A DNA stretch of 63,414 nt, the filler included, from Octopus bimaculoides (Eukaryota), in assembly GCF_001194135.2 (NCBI RefSeq). It is 6 parts of 6 records of this genome, joined end to end, with 100 filler letters (N's around TTAATTAATTAA, not from the genome) between each part and the next. Parts side by side here need not be neighbours in the genome. Positions count along the whole stretch, not along the records: positions 1 to 28,290 come from NC_069000.1; 5 more parts are not named here. One strand, written 5' to 3'. Shown here in pieces: positions 1 to 11,190 of this stretch (its first letter is position 1; each line of letters starts with the position of its first letter). The translations under genes were made by a program, and so were the position numbers. Under the pieces are notes generated by a model that made no database searches, was not told the origin of the DNA, and saw nothing but the letters and a program-made list of their open reading frames with translations.

Positions 1-37
1 ATATATATATATATATATATATATACATACATATATT

Positions 38-300
38 ATCATCATCATTTAATGTCCATTGTCCATGCTGACATGGGTTGGATGGTTTGACCAGAGCTGG
101 GGAGCTGTACTAGACTCCAGTTCAATTTGGCATGATTTCTACGGCTGGATGCCCTTCCTAATGCCAACCACTTTACAGAGTATGCTGGGTGCTTTTACAT
201 GGTACTGTACGGGCACTTTTATGTGGTACCAGACGGGCGCTTTGATGTGGAACTGCACGGGTGCTTTTGTGTGGCACCACCATGGGTGCTTTACACCACC
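38..300 (-). mobile_element. Family D retroposon (3' part, (GAT)n tail)
   Basis: Reverse complement of GGTTGGCATTAGGAAGGGCATCCAGC...CCAACCCATG..GCATGGA..TTAAATGATGATGAT, which recurs at 16316(-), 16950(+), 17805(+), 18465(-), 25820(-), 45700(+) and 48345(-). Confidence 0.8.
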
Positions 301-552
301 GGCAGGATCAGTATTAACACGTCTGCTGTGGGTATGGATCCTCTTGAGTATGGCCAGGCACCAGGTATCTCAGTCCTTCATCATCTTACCTGATAGGTTT
401 AACTTCCTGAGATTGTTCTTCAGTACTTCATCCCATGTCTTTCTGAGTCACCCACTTCCATGTATTCCACCCACTTTGAGAGATTGAAAATAGATAGGCA
501 ATGCACTCACACACACATTCACACTCACACATACACAATAGATAGACATACA

Positions 553-609
<57 letters not shown>

Positions 610-1420
610 AGGGAATTATTGATAATGGTACACCCCTCTCACATGATGAATGGAATACCCTAGTCACTGTAAGTAAAGAGATTATGTAGTAGGTGGTCAA
701 GATATAGTTGTGTCTTTACTGGTTTTACTAAGTATACTGTATACCGAAGTGGGCATTATATCAATCCAACATTTTAAGGATTATAACATATACATACATA
801 CATNNNNNNNNNNNNNNNNNNNNNNNNNNNNNNNNNNNNNNNNNNNNNNNNNNNNNNNNNNNNNNNNNNNNNNNNNNNNNNNNNNNNNNNNNNNNNNNNN
901 NNNNNNNNNNNNNNNNNNNNNNNNNNNNNNNNNNNNNNNNNNNNNNNNNNNNNNNNNNNNNNNNNNNNNNNNNNNNNNNNNNNNNNNNNNNNNNNNNNNN
1001 NNNNNNNNNNNNNNNNNNNNNNNNNNNNNNNNNNNNNNNNNNNNNNNNNNNNNNNNNNNNNNNNNNNNNNNNNNNNNNNNNNNNNNNNNNNNNNNNNNNN
1101 NNNNNNNNNNNNNNNNNNNNNNNNNNNNNNNNNNNNNNNNNNNNNNNNNNNNNNNNNNNNNNNNNNNNNNNNNNNNNNNNNNNNNNNNNNNNNNNNNNNA
1201 TATCATACCTTTGATACTACATAGCTTTACATATATTATGTCATATCTTGATACTGTGTGGATTAGGATCTCCATTGGTAGACCACAGATATTAAGTAAA
1301 ATGCTAAGCACTTATAGTATGCAATTTAGTAGCTCCAATTCTCTGAAGTGACCAGATTTGTCGTGTATATAAACTGACTGGCAGCTTGATTGATCAAGTG
1401 ATGTAGAAGACATGTGAAGA

Positions 1421-1726
1421 CTTGAAAGAAATGAACCCAGCATGCTCTGCTGGATGTGCAATGTCAGTGAGTATGTATGACTAAATTGTAAATGTTTGGC
1501 AAGAGAAATTAGGTATAAAAGGCATCAGTTGTAGTGTGCAAGAGAGAAGACTGCACTGGTATGGTCATGTGATGCATATGGATGGTGACAGCTGCATAAA
1601 GAAGTGCATATCTCTAAACGTGGAGAGAACCTATGGAAGAGGAAGACGTGAGATGAAGTGATGAGAAATGATCTTCAGATGTTGAGCCTCACAGAGGAGG
1701 TGAGAAAGGATCGAAACATTTGGTGA
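1421..1726 (+). mobile_element. RTE-clade LINE ORF2 C-terminal relic (stops and a frameshift)
   Basis: Translates as ERNEPSMLCWMCNVS..EKLGIKGISCSVQERRLHWYGHVMHMDGDSCIKKCISLNVERTYGRGR / DEVMRNDLQMLSLTEEVRKDRNIW. This matches the RTE RRLRWYGHV..RGRP..W..DR..W motif. Confidence 0.85.
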
Positions 1727-2474
1727 TATTCTGTGCTTGAGAAAACCCACCCAGCAAAGTAAAATACATATACCCTTGGCTACACCTGATAAAAACTGAT
1801 AGAGAAGGGTCCTTAGTCTTTACAGACACCCTCTCTTTTACTGTTTGGCTTGATAAAATAGACCAGGCCATGCTATAAAGTGGTTGTTAACAAGAAAGGT
1901 ATCCAGCTGTAAAAAGCATACCAGAAACTAAATGTGAAATATGACAAACAACAATAAAGATAGGGGATTTTCTTAGTCGCTGTGCATATGTGACAGATGA
2001 TGAATGGCTATAAGACACTGTGACAAATATCCAAGCCTTGCTAGCCTAGAAAAACTGACACAAAACAACAATATATATGTTAGCAGTTTTTAAACAATAG
2101 TTTGGGAAGTAGCAATTTTAGCAATTGTCAAATGTTCTGGTTTTTTAGAAAGTCTTGAACAATTGACCAACGGTTTTAATAATTAGAAAATATATGTATG
2201 TATGTATTATTGTTATAATAATAATAATAATTATTATTATCAGTAGTAACAATAATAGGTTAGAGAGTAGTGGTAATTGTAAGGTGATGGTGGTGGTAGA
2301 AGTTGTTACATGCTGCCAGCTGCTGTGATCATTAAAATTATTCTAGTCGAAAGGAATAATAGTTTACTAGTAGTGGATGTCCCATTGTTTTAAGTCCAGA
2401 ATAAGTAATATATTGCAGCTTCTCATATTTGAGCATGGTGACATTGTTCTTCAGACAGTTTTTCTTTTTCTTGC

Positions 2475-2857
2475 TGTTGTTGGCACTCCGTCGCTTTTGA
2501 CGTCGAGGGTTCCAGTTGATCCGATCAACGGAACAGCCTGCTCATGAAATTCACGTGCAAGTGGCTGAGCACTCCACAGACACGTGTACCCTTAACGTAG
2601 TTCTCGGGGATATTCAGTGTGACACAGTGTGACAAGGCTGACCCTTTGAATTACAGGTACAACAGAAACAGGAAGTAAGAGGGAGAGAAAGTTGTGGTGG
2701 AAGAGTACAGCAGGGTTCGCCACAATCCCCTGCCGGAGCTTCATGGAGCTTTAAGTGTTTTCGCTCAATAAACACTCACAACGCCCGGTCTGGGAATGGA
2801 AACCGCGATCCTATGACCGCGAGTCCGCTGCCCTAACCACTGGGCCATTGCGCCTCC
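2475..2857 (-). mobile_element. Full-length tRNA-derived SINE, family A
   Basis: Minus-strand head GGAGGCGCAATGGCCCAGTGGTTAGGGCAGCGG with A/B-box-like motifs and an (AAC)n tail. 10-bp TSD TTTTTCTTGC at 2465-2474 and 2859-2868. Confidence 0.9.
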
Positions 2858-3204
2858 TTTTTTCTTGCAATTCTATGTCAAAGCACATATCATGATACAG
2901 TTTCTACTTTGGCATTCTGAAAGTCTCTTGAAAAGTTCACGGTGTCCTTCAGCATCTGCCTACCAAAGTTATGGCCTTTGTCTTTGAGATAGCATGCATA
3001 TTTTCATATTCTGCCACTGTGTTGCAGTTTGCTTGTCTTTCTGCAATCACATGTTCTTCAGACACCACAAATTGGTCGATCTTAAAATGAGTTTCTTAAA
3101 AATTCAGTTATTTTTCTGAATTGATGGAATAGAAAAGACTGAGGTGGACAAATAGTACCTGTGAGTCTAAATTGCTGGTGCATTAAGTGAGAGAGAAATT
3201 GAGG

Positions 3205-3378
3205 TAAAAACTGTGATGGACAGACATACAGATAGACAGATAAACAAACAGACAGACGGATAAACAAATAGACAGACAGACAAACAAATAGACAGACAGA
3301 CAGATAAATAAATAGACAGACAGGCAGATAAACAAATAGACAGATAGATAGATAGATAGATAGATAGATAAATAGATG

Positions 3379-3413
<35 letters not shown>

Positions 3414-3519
3414 CGATAAACAAATAGACAGACACAGATAAACAAATAGACAGACAGACAGATAAACAAATAGACAGATAGATAGACGAACATACAGACA
3501 GATAAACAAATAGACAGAC

Positions 3520-3553
<34 letters not shown>

Positions 3554-3630
3554 GTAAACAAATAGACAGACAGGTAAACAGATAGACAGACAGGTAGACG
3601 GACAAACAGGTAAATAGATATAGACAGACA
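3205..3630. repeat. Compound (AGAC/AGAT/AAAC) tetranucleotide satellite
   Basis: Directly visible. It explains the LSVCLSIY-type ORFs. Confidence 0.95.
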
Positions 3631-4285
3631 GATGTTACCAGTGCTGTAGTCATTAGAATTTGAACTCAGAACATAAAGACAGATGAAATGCCACGAAGCA
3701 TTTTGCCCAGCATGCTGACAGTTCTGCCAGATCACTACCTTATTAATAATTATAATAATAACTAGCTGACTCTGTGCTGTCAAAAATGACAGCTAATTGT
3801 AGTATTTTGTGTATAAATATGGTACAGAGTTGAAACGCTGTTTGATTTTTCTTTTCAATGTTGAATGTTCACCATCCCACTTTCATTGCACACACACACA
3901 AAAACATTCACATGACTCCCTTTTACGTACACACACATATACTCACGCAGAGTTGAAACGCTGGTTGATTCTTTTTTTTTTTTTTTTCACTGTAGGACTT
4001 CCATCATCTCACTACCAAGTTTGCCATCACCCGTTCCTTCCTTATTTATCTATCACCCCTTCCTTTCTCATTCATATGCTGTGACAGAGAAAAACACAAG
4101 AGTATTATAGTAGATTCTTATAGCTGTTTAGGTAATTTTGTATGTATCAGTTAGTGAATTTGTTACCTGTCTCCATCCAATTGAATAAATTTTCACTTCA
4201 TAACTTGCATCTGTACCATCTCCATGCTTGAAATATTCTTCCTATCTTAGTCATTACAGTCACTCTCTTTCTATTTCTATTACAG

Positions 4286-4384
4286 TGTTTGACATGATGC
4301 CTCACATCAATGCCAGTCTGGGTGCAATTCTACCCATGATGGGTATGGCTAAACAAGACAATATGAGATGGGTTTTCTGTAATG
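4286..4384 (+). CDS. MROH1: MROH1-like exon 1 (in window)
   Basis: tacag|TG..AATG|gtcagt; VFDMMPHINASLGAILPMMGMAKQDNMRWVFCN. Confidence 0.9.
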
Positions 4385-6751
4385 GTCAGTTTTCATTCAT
4401 GGTGCTTTTACTTCTTTTTTCTGTTCCTTTTTTTTTTTTTAATTTTAAAATTCCTAATAATTTTCAATTCATATTTTGTTGTGTCTGGGGAGAGTCATTC
4501 TCTTTTAGTGCCTTATTCATTAAACACACTCACCGGAAAAGTTTCCATTCATTTACTTATTTATTTTNNNNNNNNNNCGGCCCTCTTGCTTCAACCCGCA
4601 CTGGTGCCCATCCTATTGCAGTGGACCATCGTGCGGTACTCTTGCAACCTTTTCAACAACTATTAGTTGTTGAAAAGGTTGCAAGACACAATGAAAATTT
4701 TAGGAAAAGTAAATAAGTAAATGAGTGGAAATTTTATCGGTGAATGTGTTAAATAATAAGGCACTAAAAGATAATGCCTCTCCCCAGACACAACAAAATA
4801 TGCTTCAACACCTGAACTCACATAAAGAATCGTGCAAACCAAGTCCGAAAACGAAGTATTGAGGGTTGCAGTTGCATACATCTGAGTACAGAAAGTGTTG
4901 TTGTACTGTTTAAAAAATGAGTGCTTTATACTTTTTGTGCTCTGCTCTGCTGTATCCATGAAAAGACACCTATCAATGACTCAGTTAAATAGGAAGTATG
5001 TCTCATGTATAGGCTCATATTTCAAGTTAAACTGAGAATATTGTTACTGTGTATTTTTTTTTTTATCTGGTATGTCTGATGTGTGTGTGTGTGTTGTCAG
5101 TTAACTAATAATCTGATGCCTGTCTGTTGTATATCTCTTCTGTTTGTTGTCTGTCTGTTGTATTTTTGTTGTGCATCTGAGATATTTTGTCCTTGTCTGT
5201 TTGGTGTTGCTGAGCCAATGCTGACTTGTTTGACAGCAAATGTTTTAATGTTTCTCTTATTCTTGACTTTCTTCTCTCCTCCTTACCTTCCTTTTTTTGT
5301 CTGTCTGTCTCTCTCTCTGAGCATATTTGTCTTTATGTTGACAAGGGGAGGGAAAGTGTTTATGGTAGTCATGTTCAATTAATAAATTGTGTTGGACTCA
5401 TGATTGTATGATTGTGGTTTCAATCCCTGGACCGGATGATATGTTGTGTTCTTAAGCAAAACACTTCACTTCACATTCTTCTAGTCCACTCAATTGTAGA
5501 AATGAGTACCACTAGTGGAGGCACATCACTTAGTGGTTAGGGTGTTGGATTCACAACCGTAAAATTGTGGTTTTGATCACTGGATCAGGTGATCTAGCCT
5601 GTTCTTGAGCAAAAACACTTCATTTCACGTTGCTCCAGTCCACTCAGATGTAGAAATGAGTTTAGCCTGGAGAGGGACAGGCTCCACCAGGCTCCACCAG
5701 GCTTTCTCACCCTAGATACACTGCATAGCTGCAGTGTCCCAACATCTCCCAAGGAGTTAAGGGACTTTTCCTGTCTGTGTGTGTATTGAATAAATGTTTG
5801 TCATGCATTGTCTATCATTTGATCGTGTCTATCTGTTATCAATCTGTTATGTGTCTGTAGTCCTTTGTGTATCTATTGCCCATTGGGGACTAAAGAATCT
5901 TTTGCTGTTGGAGACTAGAAGATGTTCTGGTCCTAAAGGGAAGGGCTAGTCTTTGGGATGCAGTTCTAACTATGCTAAGGATGTGCTTTCACCAGGAGAG
6001 ATCCTCAGTGATAGTGAGGCCTAAGACTTGGAGCAACTCTGAGGCCTTTAGCTGAGTGCCACTCATGTTCAGAGGGGATGCAGTGTAATGATGTTTTGAT
6101 ATGAGTAGTGTCTTTGTTGTTAAAAGAGATAAGGTTGGTAGTCTACTGTCTAACTGTAGAGTATCTGCTGTGTACCTAACAACAATCTGTTATCTGTCAC
6201 TTGTCTATCTATGTTTTTGGTGTGCCTACTGTCCTTTTTGTATCTGTTATGCTTGTTGTCAATCTCCATGTGGTCAGCTGTGTATCTGTTATTTATTTGT
6301 TAATTTGCTGATAATCTGGTGTATCTGTTATGTATCTCTCTCCATTTGCCAGTTATTTACAACCTTTTAATTCCTTGTTTTTTGGTTCCAGTTTTACAAC
6401 ACTTCAGTGAAGCAATTCTAGAGTACATTGCTAACATTGAGAAAGCCCCTGATCCTACAGTCTCCAAAGTGATGTTTTCCAGAGAAATATCAGCTGCTTA
6501 TGACATACTTTTCAATGTTTGGCTGCAGTCTAAAGAAGCAAAGGTTAGTAAGTGATAGGTTATTGTTTTTAAGTCTGTAACGAATCATAATGATCTTCTT
6601 TCATTTGATCAATTAAATGTAATACAATTGATTTGTGTGTGCATGTGTGTTTGTGTAGCATGTATGTATATAACACACACACATACACATATATGTATAT
6701 ATAAATATACATATACATGTATATATTCATATATATATATATATATACATG

Positions 6752-6799
<48 letters not shown>

Positions 6800-7167
6800 N
6801 NNNNNNNNNNNNNNNNNNNNNNNNNNNNNNNNNNNNNNNNNNNNNNNNNNNNNNNNNNNNNNNNNNNNNNNNNNNNNNNNNNNNNNNNNNNNNNNNNNNN
6901 NNNNNNNNNNNNNNNNNNNNNNNNNNNNNNNNNNNNNNNNNNNNNNNNNNNNNNNNNNNNNNNNNNNNNNNNNNNNNNNNNNNNNNNNNNNNNNNNNNNN
7001 NNNNNNNNNNNNNNNNNNNNNNNNNNNNNNNNNNNNNNNNNNNNNNNNNNNNNNNNNNNNNNNNNNNNNNNNNNNNNNNNNNNNNNNNNNNNNNNNNNNN
7101 NNNNNNNNNNNNNNNNNNNNNATGTGTTTGGTAAGCAAGCTACTTATCACACAGCCACTCCTGCGCC

Positions 7168-7211
<44 letters not shown>

Positions 7212-10200
7212 CATCATCATTTAATATCCCTTGTCCATGCTGGCATGGGTATGGATTGGATTACCTATGTTCAATCCACCGCAGGACAAAGGCTTCAACA
7301 TGTTCTCTCCAATACACAATGACTTCAGATCATATTGGTTTGGTACGCTTACTCTGCCACACTGGTTTGACATCGCTTGGCAGAGGAGTGCAGTTTTTTA
7401 ATACTCTTACTCAGGATTAATTAAGTCAATTACTTTGTTATTTGATACATATATGAGTTGGCACTCCATCGCTTACGACGTCGAGGATTCCAGTTGATCC
7501 AATCAACGGAACAGCCTGCTCGTGAAATTAACGTGCAAGTGACTGAGCACTCCACAGACACATGTACCCTTAACGTAATTCTCGGCGATATTCAGCGTGA
7601 CACAGTGTGACAAGGCTGACCCTTTGAATCACAGGCACAACAAAAACAGGAAGTAAGAATCGAAACCGCGAGCCTACGACCGCGAGTCTGCTGCCCTAAC
7701 CACTGGGCCATTGCGCCTCCACCGATTGAAATATATATATTCAGATTAAATCAAATGAGTATCATCATATTTACTTTCAAACAACAAACTACATACTCAC
7801 ACACTCACATTTTAATATCATGTTTGATTCTATTTTTTTTAGCTGCGACTAGCTGTGATAGAAGCAATCGGACCAATGACCCATATCATGAACCGGAACG
7901 ACTTGGAAGAGCAGCTTCCAAAACTTATTCATGGAATTCTTGGACTCTACAAGAAACATCAAGTATCTTTTCACATCACCCAGGTTTGGTTGAAATAATT
8001 TTTTATCTTATTCATAAGTATTTATTTATTTATTATAATTCTTTTTATATTTACCCCTTATGTTATGAAATTATTTCCCCAATCACTCAAATGTGCTGTG
8101 AATGGAGTTTAAAGTATAGACACAGGCATGGCTGCATGGTTAAGAAGTTCAGCCACATAGTTTTGGATTCAGTCCCACTGTGTGACACCTTGGGCAAGTG
8201 TCTTCTTCTACAGTCCTTAGCAGACTAAAGCTTTATGAGAAGCTGAATAAAATGTGATGTATATATGTACATATCTGCATGTGGTGTTGGTCTCTTTTTG
8301 TCTTGACATCATCTGAAAATTATATTAAAAAAAATGAACATCACTGTCATACAAATGGTGTCCCTCACTTCCAGCCATCTGTGAAAACATGTCCAACCCT
8401 GATGAAATACGACATTCTGAGCTCAAATTCTGTTGACGTTGACTTTGCGTTTTGTCATTTCAGTTTTGATAAAATGAGTACCAGTTGAGCACTGCTTGAT
8501 GTAATCGACTCACCCCCTCTTCTAAACTTACTGGCCTTGTGCCAAAATTTCAAATCAATATTAGCTTTAACTGTTCCTTCTTATGATACTGACATTTTGG
8601 TTTAACCGTCTGTTAAAAGTTGTTGATTTTTCCTGCTGTTATTCTGGTTTAAATAGCTGTTAAAAGTACTGGTTTTAACTATTTCTTCTTACATTTCTTT
8701 TTTTAATTTACTTGAAGATGTGAAGATGTAAAATGTGGTTTCCTTAACCTTTCAGGCCTTCCTGAACTGATATAGTTATGTTATGACCCCAGTGCTCAAT
8801 TGGTATTTATTTTATTGAACCCGCTTGCACCATATTCCTAGTTATAATCCTATGGTATTTTTCAACAGATTTTTACTATCTATATTTAGGGTCCTGAAGA
8901 TCATTGAATAAAATTAGCATGGCATGTGTGAGGTGTCAACCATCTCAACCAATGAAAATGGTCTCTACCTACATACCTCTACTAATTTACATATTTCTGT
9001 CTTTCTACTCTTTCAGGCCCTCTGTATGGTGCTGGACGCTGGTTGTTCAGAAGGAAGCATGATTATGGAACCATATCTAGAAAACCTCTACAATGCTCTT
9101 TTCCCACAAGTGAGTCGTTGTTTTTTTTCATCATATTTTTCAGTTCTTTGGTGAAATATCAATAATAAAGCAATTACACTGTGTAACATGGTTTTTGTCC
9201 TTGGGTAGCAACTGTTATTGCCCATTTGCTTACCCCTAGAAAGTATGAAAATGTTTAATATTTCCTTCAAACTTGCTTTTGTTACATTTATTCAAACCCC
9301 AAAAAATCCCTCTCAGCACAGAGCTATGATGCTCCCCCAGTACTCCAGCTCATGATTGGGGATGCACATATTGTTGGCCACTAAAGGACCTGTTCAAGTG
9401 GTTAAGGTGAAACAATTGACAAGCAAATCTGTGGTACTGAGCAGAATATTTGCTATAACGATATTTATGCTTCAGCAATTCAGCGCTGAATCAGTCTGAA
9501 ATGTAATGGGAAATACATCAGTTTCAAAATATTGATGTCCAGGTCATAATAGCAAAGTTTGAAGGGAATAGTAGTCATTTCTTTTGATTCCTAGATAGAA
9601 GCAAATAGGAAATAACACTTACTGACCAGAGACAAAACAAAAATTAAAATTTTGCAGCACAATGTTATCAGATCAGGTCAGGTATGGGGGCATACGCTGT
9701 TGCAGTGCATCACTGCATCCACCATTTGTCAGTATTCTCTACTCTTGGTGGATGACTACTTTGCACCACCCAGGCAACAACTCTTATACCTTTTCTGTCC
9801 ACCAGGCAGTCAAGGTACTTCCCCAAAGGAGAGAACTTGATGGGTCTGTTTAGGTAGTCATTACTGGTGAGGGTTTTATGAGGTCAGAGGCAAATCCTAC
9901 TTCAATCTCTTTTAGTCACCTTTTATAACATGCAGAGAATACATTGGATCTATTCTTTGGCATACCATTCCCCATACAACATAAAGCAATTATAATCAAT
10001 TAAAATGCTTAATGATAATCTATTAGAATATTTTATGATAGATAAGTAAGCTATTAAAATTTTCAATGATACACAATTAAAATTTTTAATGACATTCAAT
10101 TAAACATTTTAATGATAATTAATGTATTTAATGATAAATAATAAAGGGATTTGATGATATGCTTTGATAATATTTAATAAATCATTATGAAAATATTAAT

Positions 10201-11140
10201 GATTAGCTATAAAACTAGTGATTTTTTTCTTCTAATTGGTCTAGTGCCATGTAAAGGTCACATAGTATCTGTAAATTGGTTGGTGTTGGAAAGAAGATTC
10301 AGTAGAAACCTTGCCAAGCAAACACTGGAGTCCAGTGCAGCCTTCTGGCTAGTTATTTGATGAGTCGAGAGGAAGGGATTGATTCTCTGGTCCTTGCAGG
10401 CCTTCTGAGACTGGTTAGATTGATGTCATTAATGTTCTGTTTAAACTGCTGCTGGCCAACACCTGCTGGGAGAAGATCCCAGAGGGCTGATGTTCCAGAG
10501 ACAAAGGATTGGGCTTAATGGTTAATATGAGGTGCAATCCATGCCAGCATGAAATACATGATAATGTTTATCATTAAATATCAATTCGGTATTATTCATT
10601 ATTCTAAGGCAATTGTTTTGAATATTTAGATTTAGGTTCAAACCACACTCAAAAATGTGTTTCAATTTGCTTGTGAGTTAGTGTTTCTCATTAGACCATC
10701 CTCGTAGGTATGTTCACCACATTCCTCACACAACTAAAATTCACAGCCCAAATTCCATTATTTGTCCTCAGCCAAATCCTCTGCTCATAGCTGTGCTGCC
10801 ACAGTTTAACCCTTTAGCATTTAAACAGGCTATATCCAGTCAAAATATTCTACCTGTTTTATGTTCGAACCGACCAGCTCCAGCCTTTCTCACCTACCTT
10901 ACAATGTCATTCTAAAAATAAACAATCACGTCCTCAAAATTTCAAGACTACAAGATAATGCATGGTTAATTCAGAAAAGTGTGACCAAACAAGCATTATG
11001 CTTGCTGATAGAACCTGAAGGCTAAAGAACACAATCTACAATGCTTGAAGAAAATCAACAATTTCTAGAAGCTAGATGGCTTTTACGCAACACCATAACT
11101 TCTGCAAGACAATCATTTAAACTACAAAGGATCCCTTTTT

Positions 11141-11190
<50 letters not shown>

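Noticed and set aside
2780-2857. tRNA genes at SINE heads (also 7660-7720, 36195)
   Set aside because: There is no complete cloverleaf 3' acceptor arm, and each continues into SINE body sequence.
3082-3783. Long ORFs of LSVCLSIY, IYIY, CVCV, poly-T/V/N/I type throughout the track
   Set aside because: They are translations of microsatellites or run through N gaps and have no splice or homology support.
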